DNA of 64,000 nt, from assembly GCF_009914755.1 (NCBI RefSeq), contig NC_060947.1. One strand, written 5' to 3'. Every line of letters begins with the position of its first letter. Position 1 is the stretch's first letter. This document shows positions 1 to 14,866 of this stretch, piece after piece. The notes beneath the pieces were generated by a model. The model did no database searches. It had not been told where the DNA came from and worked only from the letters and a program-made list of their open reading frames with translations. Source of the DNA: the human T2T-CHM13v2.0 reference genome, Homo sapiens. Position numbers and translations under genes: made by a program.

Positions 1-3000
1 TTTACATTCAGTTTTATTATTGATAAGTAAGCGCTTTTTTTTCTGCCAGTTTGTTATTTGTTTTCTAGTAGTTTTGTGGTATTCTCTTCTTTCTTTCTTT
101 CATTCCTCCCTTCCTCTAGTGAAAATGATTTTATCTGGTGATATGGGTTAGATTATTGCTTTTTGTGTGTCTATTGTGTGATTTTTAAGATTACAATGAG
201 GCTTGCAAATACTATCTTGTAATCCATTATTTTTACCTGATAACAATTTAACACTATTTGCATAAGCAAGCAAACTAGCAACAAGAAAACTAATAAAAAA
301 CTCTACACCTTAACTTCATCCTCCCACCTTTTAACATTTTGTTGTTTTTATTTATGTCTTATTGTACTGACTATGTCTTGAAAAGTTGTTGTAGTTATTA
401 ATTTTGATTGCTTTTTCATGTAGCCTTTCCATTTAGGAAAAGAGTTTTTTACACACCACAGTTACAGTGTTATAATATTCTGTGCTTTTTTTGGACTTAT
501 TATTATTAGTGAGTTGTATCTTCAGGTGATTATTAATTGCTCACTAATATCATCTTTTTCTGATTGAAGTATTCCCTTAAGTGTTCTTGTAGGACTGGTA
601 TGGTGTTGATGAAATTCCTTAGCTTTTGTTTGTCCTGAAAAGTCTTTATTTATCCTTCACATTTGAAGGATATTTTCACCAGATGTCCTATTATAGGATA
701 ATTTTATTTTCTTCAGCATTTTAAATGTGTCATGTCACCCTCTCCTGGCCTGTATGGTTTCGGCTGGAAAGTTTACTGCCAGATGTACTGGAGCTCCATT
801 GTACGTTATTTGTTTATTTTCTATTGCTGCTTTTAGAATTTTTATTTTGTTTCACCTTTGGGAATTTGATTATGAAATGGGTAGTCTTTTTTTGGGCTAA
901 ATCTGCTTAGTGTTCTATAATCTTCTTGTACTTGGATGTTGATATCTTTCTCTAGATTTGGAATGTTTTCTGTTATTATCCCTTTGAATAAACTTTCTAC
1001 CCCTACCTTTTGCTCTACCTCCTCTTTAAGTTCAATACGTCTTAGATTTGCCGTTTTGAGGCTATTTTCTAGATCCTGGAAATGCACTTTATAGTTTTGT
1101 ATTCTTTTTCACTTCATCTTTTCTGACTTTGTATTTTCAAATAGCCTGTCTTCAAGATCAATAATTTTTTCTCCTGCATGATCCATTCTATTATTAAAGA
1201 TTCTGATGAAATCTTCAGTATGCCAATTGCATTTATGAATTCCAGAAATTCTGGTTGATTTTTAAAATTTATTTCAATATTTTTGTTCAATTTATCTGAT
1301 AGAATTCTGTATTCCTTCTGTGTGTTATCTCGAATTGCTTTGAATTTTATCAATACAACTATTTTGAATTATCTAAAATGTCAGATATCTGTGTTTCTCT
1401 GGGGTTGATCATTTATGATTTAGTTCATTTGGTGAAATTATGTTTTCCTGGATGGTGTTGATACTAGTAGATGTTCTTCAATGTCTGGGCATTGAAAAGT
1501 TAGATGTCTATTGTAGCCTTCACCGTCTGCTCTTATTTTTAGCCATCTTTTTGGGGAACACTTCCAGATATTTCAAAGAACTTGGGTGTTGTAATCTAAG
1601 CTGTTTCTGCTTTAGGGGGCACCACAAGCCTAGTAATCTTTCAGACTCAAAGGTGCTCTGCCTTGATGTTCTTGAACAAGATCACAAAAAACTCTGAATT
1701 ACCAGGCAGAAACTCTTGTTCTCTTCCTTTACTTTCTTCCAAAATATATAGTTTCTGTCTGTTCTGAGCCACTTATAGCTGGGGGTTTAGTGACACAAGT
1801 ACTCCTGTATCCACCACAGCTATGACTGTGCTGCATTAGACCTGAAGCCAGCACAGTGCTGGGTCTCACCTAACACCTGCTTTAACCATTCTTTTGCTAC
1901 TGCCTATGTTCACTCAAGGCTCTGGAGCTCTACAATCACCAGGTGGCAAAGCCAGGGTGGCCTATGTCTTTTTCTTCAGGGACATGAGGTCCCCCAGTCG
2001 CTCGGTGGGTTTAGAAGTGACATCCAGGATTTAGAGACTACAGTCTAAAACCTTAGAAATCTAACTGGTGTTCTATTGTATTGCAGCTTAGTTTGCACTC
2101 GATGCACCAGATGCAGTCTTTCCCACTCTTTCCTTTCCTTTCCAAAGGCAGAGAACCCTTACCCAATAGCAATTGCCACACCTGGCCAGGAGCAGTACTG
2201 CCAGACTACCACCAATATTCCATTAAGGTCCAAAGGCTCTTAAGTCACCTTGTGGTGAATGTTTCCTGGCCTGGGATTTATTCTTTAGAGCAGTGGTCTC
2301 CCACCTGGCCCAGAGGAGGTGCAGAAATATCATCCAAGAGTCAAGTCCTGGAATCCGCGACTTTAAGATCCTGCTTGTTGCTCTATCATGCTGTTGGCAG
2401 TTTTGGTACTCAAGGTGCAAGACAAAGTCCCTTTTACTTTTTCCTCTGCTTTTCTCATGCAGGAGGAGTTTTGTCCAGTAGCCAGCACAACTGGTATTGT
2501 GCTGAGCCTCACCCAAAGCCAGCAAATCTCAGAGGCTCACCAAAGCCCTTGATGAAGTACCAAAGTATCGCTGCTGGTTATTCAGGGCCCAAAGTCTCTT
2601 CAGTCAACAGGTGATAAATGCTGGCAGAACTGGGTCATTTCTATCAAGGCAGCAGGTTCCTTTCTGGCTCAGGTTGTGTCTAGAAAAGTCATCTGGGAGC
2701 TGGGTCCTGTAAATAGGGGCCTTATGACTGTGACCTGTACCCTATCCTGCTGTGGCTAAGCTGGTATTCAAGATGTAAGACAAAGTTCTAACCACTCTTT
2801 CCTGTTCTCTCTTCAAGTGGAAGGAAGTGGTCTTTTTGAAGCCCTTAGCTGTGCAGCCTGGGGTTAAGAGAGGAGTGTTGTCAGCACTCCTTTTGGCTGC
2901 CCCAGCTGATGTCTCACTATGCCCCCACCCCCCACCCAGTTCACTGTCTCTAGGCCTAGTTCAGCACAAGGACTCACCTAAGAGCTGCAGTCCTTATGGG

Positions 3001-3498
3001 CTAGGCTGTCTTTCAAGTTTACTTAGAGACTGAGAGCACTTTGGCACTCTGTGGTGAGGTTTTCAAGCGCTCATGTTTGGTCTGCTGTAATCGATGATTC
3101 CCCTGTCTGGGGCTGGTTTGAATGCTCCCTCCATATGCAAGCATCAGCTGAATTTGAACTTGCTTTTTTTTTTTTTTTTCTGCTTTAACAGAACAGCACT
3201 GGGTTCAATGCCCTACAATTGCTGTGTTTTTTTCTCCCCAAGCACCCAGAGAGGCTCTCTGTGCTATGCTGCTTCGGCCTGTGTTTGAGGAGAGGTGGTG
3301 TCAGTGACTCAAGTCTGCTTTTTTCTATCTCTTCCATCCCTCTTTCAGTGATATAAAGTTAAAACCAGGTACTATGAGTGCTCAACTAATGTTTTGTTCT
3401 CATGAAGTTGTTTTTTCTGTGCAGATAGTTATTAACTTGGTGTACTTGTAGGAGGGATGATTGGTGGAGCTTCCTCTTTAGGCATCTTGCTCTGCCTC
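1..3498 (-). mobile_element. Old LINE-1 (L1M/L1MA-type) 5' half: inter-ORF region, degenerate ORF1 and long 5'UTR
   Basis: Minus ORFs 842-1087 (ENIPNLEKDINIQVQE) and 1114-1353 are L1 ORF1p remnants; the GC-richer 5'UTR ends at the typical 'gcatcttgctctgcctc' L1 5' terminus near 3498. Confidence 0.9.
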
Positions 3499-3499
3499 T

Positions 3500-6400
3500 T
3501 TAAGTAAATTCTTGTATAAAGTGTAAGGTATATGCTGACATCTTATTTTTCATATGGATATTTAATTATTTCATCACTTGTCAAAAGTCTATCTTTAATC
3601 CAATAAATAACTGTTTTTATCTTTGTCAATAATTGGTTAATACTTTTTAATTCAATTTATGGCCTCCAAAACTGCTAGGATTATAGACATGAACCAACTC
3701 ACCTTGCCTGGGATTACATTCTTGATTTCTTGTTCAGATGCTTTGCTGTTGGCATATAGAAATGCTACTAATTTTTATATATTAATTTTGCATCAGAAAA
3801 CTTAATTTATCAGTTCTAATAGTTTTATGGTGACATATTTAAGTTTCTCTAAATATAAGATTTGTGATATGGTTTGTCTGTGTCCCCACCTAAATAAATC
3901 TCATCTACAGTTGTCTTTCCCATAATAACCACATGTCATGGGAGGTACCCGGGGGGAGGTAATTGAATTATGGGGGTGGTTACCCCCATGCTGCTGTTCT
4001 CATAACAGTGAGAGTTCTCATGAGATTGGATGATTTTATAAAGTGCTTTTCCCCCTTTTACTTGACACTTCTTGCTGCCGCCCTGTGAAAAAGGAAATAT
4101 TTGCTTTCCCTTTCACCATGATTGTAAGTTTCTGAGGCCTCCACAGCCATGGTAAACTGTGAGTCAACTAAACCTCCTTTCTATATAAATTACTCAGCCT
4201 CGGGTATGTCTTTATTAGTAGTGTGAGAACAGAATAATACAGTAAATTGGTACCAGGAGGGAAGCGCTGCTAACAAGATACACAAAAATGTAGAAGTGAC
4301 TTTGGAACTGGGAAACAGGCAGAGTCTGGAACACTTTGGAGGACTCAGAAGAAGACAGGAAAATGTGGAAATGTTGGGAACGTCCTAGAGACTTGGAGGG
4401 CTCAGAAGACCGGAAGATGTGGGAAAGTTTGGAACTTCCTAGAGACTTGTTGAATGGCTTTAACAGAAATGCCAATACTGATAAGGACAATGAAGTCCAG
4501 GCTGAGTTGGTCTCAGATGGAGATGAGGAACTTGCTGGGAACTTTAGTAAAGGTCACTCTTGCTATGCAAAGGGACTGGGGGCATTTTGCACCTGCCCCA
4601 GAAATCTGTGAAACTTTGAATTTGAGAGACATAATTTAGGGTATTTAGTGGAAGAAATTTCTAAGTGGCAAAGCATTCAAGAGGAAGTAGGGCATAAAAG
4701 TTTGAAAATTTTGCAGTTTGACGATGTGATAGAAAAGAAAACTATTTTCTGGGGAGAAATTCAAGCTGGCTGCACACATTTGCATAAGTAACAAGGAGCT
4801 GAATACTAATCACCAAGACAATGAGGAAAATACCTCCAGAGCATGTCAGAGACTTTCACACCAGCTCCTCCCATCACAGGTCCAGAGGCCTAGAACGAGA
4901 AAACTTCCCTGGATGAGTTTAACCCTTCCCTCCTCTCCCCCACACCCCTGCTGTGTGCAGGTTGGGGGTTGGGACTTGGGTGCCCTGCATTCCAGCCACT
5001 CCAGCCATGGCTAAAAGGGGCCAAGGTACAGCTCACACCATTGTTTTAGAGGGTGCAAGGCCCAAGCCTTGGCAGCTTCCATGTGATGTTGGACCTGCAG
5101 GTGCACAGAAATCAAGAATTGAGGTTTGGGAACCTTCAGCTAAATTTCAGAGAATGTATGGAAAGGCCTGGATGTCCAGGGAGAAGTTTGCTGCAGGGTC
5201 ATAACCCTCATAGAGAACTCCTGCTAGGGCAGTGTGGAAGGGAAATGTGGGATTGGAGCCCCAGTGCAGGGTCCCTACTTGGGCACTGCCTACCGGAGCT
5301 GTGAAAAGAGGGCCACCATCCTCCAGGCCCCAGAATTGTAGATCCACTGACAGCTTGCACCATGCACCTGGAAAAGTCACCAATACTCAATGCCAGCCCA
5401 TGAAAGCAGCCAGGAGGGGGTCTGTACCTTGCAAAGCCACAGGGTCAGAGCTGCCCAAGGCTGTGGGACCCCACCTCTTGCATTAGCATGACCTGGATGT
5501 GAGACATGGAGTCAAAGAACATCATTTTGAAACTTTAAATTTTAATGACTGCTCTATTGGATTTCAGACTTGCATGGGGCCTGTAGCCCCTTTGTTTTGG
5601 ACAATTTCTCCCATTTGGAATGGGCGTATTTACCCAATGCCTGTACCAATATTGTATCTAAGAAGTAACTAACTTGCTTCAATTTTACTAGCTCATGGGT
5701 GAAAGAGATTTGCCTTGTCTCAGATGAAACTTTCGATTTGGACTTTTGGGTTAATGCTGGAATGACTTAAGACTTTGAGGGACTGTTGGAAAGGAATAAT
5801 TGTGTTTTGAAATGTGAGGAGATGAGATTTGAGAGGGGTCAGGGCTGGAATGATATAGTTTTTCTGTGTCCCCGCACAAATCTCATTTTTAATAGTAGTT
5901 CCCATAATCCCCACATCATGGGAGGGACTGAGTGGGAGGTAATTGAATCATGGGGGCAGTTATCCTTGTGCTGCTGCTGTTCTCATGACAGTGACTTAAC
6001 TCTCACAAGATTTGATGGTTTTACAAGGGTTTTCTCCCCTTTTACTCAGCACTTCTCCTTGCTGCCGCCATGTGAAGAAGGATGTTTTTGTTTCCTCTTC
6101 TGCCATGATTGTAAGTTCCTGAGGCCTCCCCAGCCACGCTGAACTGTGAGTCAATGAAACTTTTTTTTCTTTATAAATTACCCAGCCTTGGGTATGTCTT
6201 TATTAGCAATGTGAGCATAAACTAATACAATCTGAAACCAAAAATGATTCGATTTCTTTTGTTGCCATTTAGAGGCTCTTTATTTTGTTTCCTTAACTAA
6301 TTGTTCTAGCTAGAATTTCCATTGCTATTTTTAATAGCTGTGGTGAAAGTGAGCATCCTTGTCATGTTTCAGATCTTCAAGTGAAGTTGGTTTTCCTTTA

Positions 6401-7240
6401 TTCAATATGATACTAGCTGTGGGTCTGACCTATACGGATTTTATTGTGCTGAGGTAGGTTTTTTCTATTTCCAATTTTTCAGTGTTTTTAGGAAAGAAAC
6501 AATGTTGATTTTTTTATAATACTTTTCCAGCATCAATTAAAATCATATGGTTTGTATTTTTCATTCTGTTGACATGACATATTAAATTGATTGATTTGTG
6601 TATGTTGGAGCATCATTGCATTACTGGGATAAATCACAGTTTGTAATAATTAATGGACATTTTAATGTGTTGTTGAATTCAGTTTGCTAGTATTTTGTTA
6701 AGGATGTTTGCATCCATACCCATCAGATATATTCGTCTTTTCTTCTCTGAAGTGTTTTTGTCTGGTTTTGGTAATAATACTGGCTTCATAGAATGAGTTT
6801 GAAGTATTCCTTCCCCTTCTATTTTTGGAATAGCTTGAGTAGGTTTGTATTAGTTTTTTAAATATTTGGTAAATTGAGCAGTGAAGTCCTTGAGTCGTGG
6901 GCTGTTCTTTAAAGGGAGACTTTATTACAGCCTTAATCTCATTACTTGTTATTGATCTATCTACTCAGGTTTTGAATTTCTTCATCATTCAATTTTGGTA
7001 ATTTGTATGTGTCTAGTAATGTATCTATTTCTTCTAAATTTTCCAATTTATTGGCATATTGTTGCTTATAGTTGTCTCTAATGATCCTTTAAATTTCTCC
7101 AGTATCAGTTATAATGTCTACATTTTAATTTTTCATTTATTTGGGTGTTCTGTTTCTAGTTTAGTCTAGCTAAAGTTTTGTCAACTTTGTCTATCTTGTA
7201 TTTGCTTTTTTTAAATGATTATTTGGATTCATAATCTATG
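3500..7240 (-). mobile_element. Old LINE-1 (L1MA-type) ORF2 fragments, interrupted by the THE1 provirus
   Basis: Antisense ORF2 sequence such as 'gttggcatatagaaatgctact' and 'tggtgaaagtgagcatccttgtc' on both sides of the THE1 insertion; a ~50-bp Alu 5'-end stub lies at ~3660-3710. Confidence 0.85.
3865..6229 (+). mobile_element. Complete THE1 (THE1C/D-like) MaLR provirus: LTR 3865-4241, internal 4242-5850, LTR 5851-6229
   Basis: Both LTRs start 'tgatat' and end 'taataca'; the internal region starts 'gtaaattggtacc'; purine-rich tract before the 3' LTR; 5-bp TSD atttg (3860-3864) / atctg (6230-6234). Confidence 0.95.
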
Positions 7241-8328
7241 TGTTTTTTTTTAACTTTTATTTAAGGTTCAGAGGTACACATGCAGGTTTGTTTTATAGGT
7301 AAACTCTTGTCATGGGGGTGTGATGTACAGATTATTTCATCACCCAGGTACTATGCTTAGTACCTATTAGTTATTTTTATTTATCCTCTCTTTTCTCCCA
7401 ACCTCCACCATCAGGTTGGCCCCAGTGTCTGTTGTTCTCCTCTTTGTGTCCATGTGTTCTCGTAATTTAGCATCCACTTATAAGTGAGGACATGCAATAT
7501 TTAGTTTTCTGTTTTTGCATTAGTTTTCTAATGATAATGGTCTCCAGCTTTATCTATGTTCCTGTAAAGGACATAATTTTATTCTTTTTCATGGCTGCAT
7601 AGTATTTCATGGTATATATGTACCACATTTTTAAAATCCAGTCTTCCATTGATGGGCATTTAGGTTGACTCCATGTCTTTGATATTCTGAATAGTGCTTC
7701 AGTGAACATATAAATACATGTTTCTTCATGATAATAGAATAATTTATATTCCTTTGAAAATATACACAGTAATGGGATTGCTAGGTCAAATGGGAGTTCT
7801 GCTTTTAGCTTTTTGAGGAATTTTCAAACTGTTTTCCACAATAGCTAAACTAACTTACACTCCTAGCAGCAGTGTGTAAGGTTTCCCTTTTCTCTGCAAC
7901 CTTGCCACAATCTGTTATTTTTTGACCTTTTAGTAATAAACATTCTGACTAGTACAAAATAGTATCTCATTGTGGTTTTGATTTTAATTTTTTTTAATGA
8001 TCAATGACATTGACTTTTTTTCTTATGCTTGTTCACTGGATATATTAAAATCACTTTTGAAAAGTGTCTGTTCATGTTCTTTGTTCACTTTTTAAAGGCA
8101 TTTTTTTTCTTCTAAATTTATTTAAGTTCCTTATAAATGTTGGATATTAGACCTTTGTCAGAGGTATATTTAAAAAAATTTTCTCTCATTCTGTAGGTTG
8201 TCTGTTTACTCTGTTGATAGCTTTTTTTTTTTTTTGCTATGCACTATGCAGAAGCTCTCTAATTTAATTAGATCCCATTTCTCAATTATTGCTTTTATTG
8301 CAATTGCTTTTGACTTTTTTGTTATTAA

Positions 8329-8688
<360 letters not shown>

Positions 8689-9450
8689 TCTAGGGTTTTT
8701 ATAGTTTTGGTTTTTACATCTAAGTCTTTAATTCATCTTGAGTTGATTTTTGTTTATGGTATAAGGCAGCATCCAGTTTCAGTCTTCTGCATATGGCTAG
8801 CCAGTTAACTCAGCACTATTTATTGAATAGACAGATATTTCCGCATTGCTTGTTTTTGTCAGCTTTATCAAAGATCAGATGGTGGTATGTGTGTGACCTT
8901 ATTCATGGGCTCTCTATTCTGTTCCCTTGTTCTATGTGTCCGTTTTTTTTTGTTTGTTTGTTTGTTTTTTTTACCAGTACCATGCTGTTTTGGTTACTGC
9001 AGCCCTGCAGTACAGTTTGAGGTTTGGTAGAAAAATTTCTTCAGATTTGTTCTTTTTGCTTAGGATTGCCTTGGCTATTCGGGATATTTTGTTGTTGTTC
9101 CATATTAACTTTAAAATAGTTTTTTTTTATTTCTGTGAAGAATATCATTGATAGTTTGATGGGAATAGCATTAAAATCATAAACTGCTTTAGGCAGTATG
9201 GACACTTTAACAATATTGACTCTTCTTATTCGTAAGCATGGAATGTTTTTCTATTTGTTTTCCATTTGTTATCAAATTTTCTTAGTGTTTGCTTGTCTGA
9301 AAAGTATCTTATTTCTTCTTTGCTTATGAAGCTTACATTGGCTAGATATAAAATTACTGCTTAAAATTTCTTTCCTTCAAGAATTTTAAACATAGTCCCT
9401 CAATCTCCTCTGGCTTGTTGGGTTTCTGCTTCATGGTCTACTGTTAGACT

Positions 9451-9873
9451 TGTGAACTCAGAAAATCTGAGACAGGTCTCAGTTAATTTAGAAAGTTAAT
9501 TTTGCCAAGATTAAGAATGCACCTATGACACAGCCTCAGGAAGCCCTGACATGTGCCTGAGGCTGTCGGGTCACAGCTTGGTTTTATACATATTAGGGAG
9601 ACATGAGACATCAATCAGTATATGTAAGAAGTACATTGGTTTGGTTTGGAAAGGTGGGACATCTTGAAGGGGGGTTTCAGGTCACAGATAGGTGAGACAC
9701 AAACCCTTGCATTATTCTGAGTTTCTGATTAGCCTTTCCAAAGGAGACAATCAGATATGCATCCATCTTAGTGAGAAGAGGGTAACTTTGAATAGAATGG
9801 GAGGCAAGTTTGCCCTAAACAGTTTCCAGCCTGAGTTTTCCTTAGTGATTTTGGGAGATATTTTCCTTTCACA
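9451..9873 (-). mobile_element. MER4A/MER4A1-like ERV1 solo LTR
   Basis: Reverse complement starts 'tgtgaaaggaaaatatctcccaaaatcactaagg' and ends 'ttcaca'; 4-bp TSD gact/gatt; splits the L1 ORF1 sequence 'gttagactgatgggcttccc'. Confidence 0.85.
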
Positions 9874-10440
9874 GATTGATGGGCTTCCCTTTTTAATTGA
9901 CTTGTTCTTTTTTTCTAGCTGCCTTTAACATTTTGTCTTCCATTTTGACCAAGATGATTATGTATCTTGGGAATGATCTTCTTTTGAAGTATTTTTTGGG
10001 GTTCTCTGCATTTCCTGAATTTGAATGTTGGCCTCTCTAGCTAGGTCGGATAAATTCTCATTAATGATATCCTGAAATATGTTTTCCAAGTGGCTTCCAG
10101 TTGTCCCATCTGTTTCAGGGATGCCAATGAATTGTGGATTTGGTCTTTTTACATAATTCCATATTTTTTGAAGGTTTTGTTTCTTCTTTTTTGTTCTTTT
10201 AAAAAAATTCTTATCTGACTTTCTTATTTCACAAAGCCAGTCTGTAACCTCCGAGATTATTTTGCCAGCATTGCCTTTTCTGCTGGTCATACTTTCAGTT
10301 GCCTTATGAAATATGTATAGAGTGTATTTCAGCTCTTTCAAGTCAATTACATACTTTTCTATACCGGCTATTTTGTCTTTCAGCTTTTGTATTGTTTTAT
10401 TGTGATTCTTAGCTTCCTCGGATTGGGTTTTAACATTTAT

Positions 10441-12123
10441 ATACCCCATTTTCAAACTCACTGAATATTTCTTCTGCTTGATCAGTTCTGCTATTCAGAG
10501 ACTCTGATGAATTTTTCAATTGTGAACTGATTTTTTTAAGCTCTGGAATTTCTGCTTGCTTTTTAAAATTATAGCAATCTCTTTATTAAATTTCTCTGAT
10601 AATATTCTATTCTGAGTTCCTTCTCTGTGTTATTTTGAATTTTGCTGTACATGTTCAAAACAGCCACTTTGAACTCTGTTTGACATATCACATGTCTCTC
10701 TAACTCTGGGATTGTGTACTAGTACTTTTAGTTCATTTAGTGAGGTCATGGTTTCCTGAGTTTTCTTGATGCTTTTGAATATTTACTGATGTTTGGGCAT
10801 TGAAGAGTTGGATATTTATGCTAATCTTCATAGTCTGGGGTTTTTGGACTTCTTGAAAAGTCTTTCTATGTTTAAAGGTAACATAGAAGTGTTGTGATCT
10901 AAGTATTTGGTCACTGCAATTATATCTACACTAGGGGGCATCCAAAGCCCACTAACACTGTGACTCTTGCTGACTAGAGGTATCATTTTGTTGGCCTTGG
11001 GTAAGATCTCAGAGAATTCCATGGATTACCAGAGAGACTCTTCCCTCACTCCTGCAAAAATGGAGTCACTCTGTATTGGGCTGCCTGGAGTTGGGAAAGA
11101 GGTGATGTCAGCAGTCCTGTGGAAACCACATCTAGGACTGTGCTTGGTCAAGCTTGAAATCTGCATGGTATTGGGTCTCTCTCAAGTCCTATGGTAACTA
11201 CTGCTTGGCTATCACTGATGTTTATCAAAGGCCCAAATGCTCCTTAGTTAGCAGGTGGTGAATTCTACCAGGACTGAGTCTTTCCTTTTAGAACAGTGGG
11301 TTCCTTCTGGCCCAGTGTGTGTCTAGCAATGCTAACCAGGAGCTAAGGCCTAGAATTGGTGACTTCAGGAATCTGCTTGGTGATTTATTTTACTATGGCT
11401 AAGCTGGTACCTAAGTTGAAAGACAAAGTCCCAAAGTCCTCTTTACAGTTTCCTCTTCGTTTTGCAAGCAGAAAGAGTCTCTTTCCTAGTTGCACTGCCT
11501 GAAGTTGGGACAGGGACAACATACTCTCTCGGCTGCTCCAGTTGATGTTTCACGGGGGCACATGCACCACAATTCTATTGGCTCCAAGCCCAGTGCAATT
11601 CCAGGACTTGCCCAATGAATGCAGTCCTTTTGGCCTAGACTGCCTTTCAAATTTATTCATGAACTCAGGGCACTTTATTCAGCCAGTGCTTGGGCAAACT
11701 GGAACTCAGATTCCTACTGCTGGGGCAGAGAATTCTCCTCTGGCTGTGGTTACTCTAAATGCTCCCTCCATGGGCACTGGCCAAGTTCTACCCTGTGTTG
11801 TGTTCTGCTGTGACAGGGCAGTGGTGACTTCCAATGCGAAGTTCCACAATCACTTTACTTTCCCCTCTCAAGCACACTCATTCTCTCTTTTCACGCTCCT
11901 TGGGGAAGGGGGAAGGATTGTGTAGGCAATACAAAATTGTCTTTTCTGCCCTTTTCAGTTACTCTTTCCTTGATATTATGTTAAAACCAAATACTGTGAT
12001 CACTCACCTGATTCTTTCTTGGTTCTTATAAAGGTGCTTTCTTGTGTGTACAATTGTTCACTTTGGTGTGACTATAGTAAGATAATTGCTGCTGGCTTCT
12101 ATTCAGCCATCTTACTCCACCTC
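10441..12123 (-). mobile_element. Old L1M ORF1 start and 5'UTR (probably the 5' part of the 3500-7240 element)
   Basis: Similar to 1140-3498; ends in 'cagccatcttactccacctc'. Confidence 0.8.
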
Positions 12124-14455
12124 CTGTCTCAAGTTAGACTTTCAAAAGCCTCTTGAGCCTGAAGAGCCAAGCCAAGGATTTCATAACAGATTGTGCCTGT
12201 AATGCCTGTGTGTATTGGGTAAATTTTTTTTCTTGGAGTTTTCCATAGATCTTGAGGTTCTCACCTGCTAGAAAGTGACATTCTTTCCTTACGACAAGAT
12301 CAGGAGTCCGGTAAAAAAAAGCCATGTAGACAAGGTACAAGCTGTCTTTTTCTACATCTATTGGCTTTATAAAGTCAATGTCAATTATTAAAAGCAGTCT
12401 GATCACATTTTAAAGTATAAAGTTCCAATCAAATCCTTGGTAAAAATAAGTATTGTCTTCAGTTGTGTCCTGTTACAAAAGAAAACAGATTCTAATGTAT
12501 TTATGCAAATAACTATATTGCCATAAAATAAGAATACTCACAAATAACTTTTGAATTATGAGAAAATCAGATAGAGAGAAAAGGAAGCTCTTCAATTTTG
12601 AACAGAAAAGTGTACTTTACCCAGTTGTAAGCTATACATAGCTGGGATAAAAATGTTTTCTTCAATCTGGAAAGCAAAATATAATACGAATCATCAATGT
12701 TTCCCCATAAGTTTAACACCATGTATATAATTCTTGTTCTGCTCGATATTGATTTGGCAATCTTTATGAATCCATCAGGGATTTCTAAAATTAGTATTCT
12801 GGAAGTTTTTACCTAGTCCAATAGTATAATCTTCAAAGTTACCCAAAACTTATACTCAAAAGTATGATTGTCAGGGACTTTTTCATAAATTTCCTAGAAA
12901 ACACATCTTTTTAGGATTTATAAAGAGCTTTTAGAAAAATAAGCATCAAAATAAAACAATTTACTACATATATCAAGACATATCAGATTCTTAGAAATCT
13001 CATGCAATTTTGGAACACATATGAATAACATCTTCATACAAATTTCACTGGTTTTATGTTGCTATAACAAAATACCTGAGGCTAGATAATTTATAAAGGA
13101 AAGAAGTTTATTTTGGCTCACTCTTCTGCAACCTGTACCAAAAAAAAAGGTGTCAGCACCTGCTTCTGGTGAGGCCTTAGGAAACATAATCATAATGGAG
13201 GGTAAAGCAGGATCAAGAGAGAGAGCAAGAGAGAGAGGAGGAAGATACTAGATTCTTTTCAATAACCAGATCTCACCAGATCTGACAGAGTGAGAATTTA
13301 CTAATTACTGTGAGGAGGGCATCGAGTCAGGCATAAAAAATGTTCCCACATGACCGAAACACCTCCCATTAGGCTCTACCTCCATCACTGGGCATCACAT
13401 TTTAATATGAGATTTAGAGGTGACAAACACCCTAACTGTATTATTCCACCCCTATCTCACAAATTTCATGTTTTTCTCACCTTGCAAATTATAATAATCT
13501 CTTCCAAATAGTCCACAAAAATGTTAAGTCATTCCAGCATCAACTTGAAGGTTCAAAGTCCAATCTCATTTGAGACTCAAGGCAAGTTCCTCCCACCTAT
13601 CAGTCTGTAAAATCAAAATTAATTTATTTACTTCCAAGATACAATGGCAGTACATGGACTGGGTTCACATTCTTACTCCAAAAAGAAGAAATTAGGCAAA
13701 AGAAAGAGGCAATGTTTCCTATATAAATAACAAGCCCTATTACCACAGGTTCAATAGGCAATGCCACTGTGGGGACTATGTTTGGGGACTCCAATTCCAT
13801 ATTTTCTTTTGTCACTGCCCTAGTATAGTCTTTCTGCAGTGTCTCTGCCCCATGGAAGGCTTCTGCCTAAGCATCCAGGCTTTCTGATAGTTTATCTGAA
13901 ATCTAGGTGGAAGCTGCCAAGGCTTACGGTTTGCACCCTTTGAAGTGGTGGTTAGAGCTAGACCAGCTAGGATGCAGGACTTACTTTCCCAAGCCTGTGC
14001 AGGGCAGTGGGGCTCTGGGCCTGGTCTCTGAAACCATTTTATTTTCCTAGGCCTCTGGGACATGATGAGAGAGGCAGCCTGGAATACTTCTAAAATATCT
14101 TGAAGGCACTTTACCCATTGTCTTGGCTGTTAACACTTAGCTCTCTTTTAGTCATGATTATTTATCTAGCAAGCGATTGCTCAGCAGCCCTCTTTGATTC
14201 TTCTCTGAAACACTATTTTTCTCTACTACATGGTCAGGTTGAGAATTTTCTAAATTTTGATGCTCAGCTTCCATTTTAATTATAAGTTCAAAATTTAAGT
14301 CATTCTTTTGCTCCCATACATAATCATAGGCTGTGAGAAACAACCAGGCCACGTACTGGTTGCCTTTCTACTTAGAAATTTCTTCCACCCTACTAGGTCA
14401 TCATTCTTAAGTTCAAACTTCTAAAAGTCTCTAGGGCATGGACACAAAGTCACTT

Positions 14456-14466
14456 TGTGTGTGTGT

Positions 14467-14507
<41 letters not shown>
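14456..14507. repeat. (TG)n microsatellite, about 25 units with one interruption
   Basis: Read directly from the sequence. Confidence 0.98.
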
Positions 14508-14508
<1 letters not shown>

Positions 14509-14866
14509 TGATGTTACAAAGGTGAACTTTGCTCCAATTCCCAATAAGTACCTCTTTTTCATCTGAGACCTCATCCAATTGGCCTTCACTATATCATAAT
14601 ATGGTAGTCTATATTACTATTTGCATTTTGGTTGTAACCACTTAACCAGTCTCTAAGAAGTTTCAAACTTTCTCTCATCTTTCTCTCTTCTTCTGAGATC
14701 TTTAAATTCTTCCAACCTCTGCCTGTTACCCAGTTTCAAAGCCACTTTCTCAATGTAAGTTACCTTTATAGCAATTTCCAAGTCCTCAGTGTCAATTTTC
14801 TGTATTAGTTGATTTTGTGTTGCTATAAGTAAATACCTGAAGCTGGGTAATTTACATTTAATAAAA

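Noticed and set aside
2081-2614. 177-aa ORF (longest on the + strand)
   Set aside because: Antisense to an L1 5'UTR, non-ATG start, no recognisable domain.
4215-6142. Cluster of short ORFs as a gene
   Set aside because: All lie within THE1 internal or LTR sequence.
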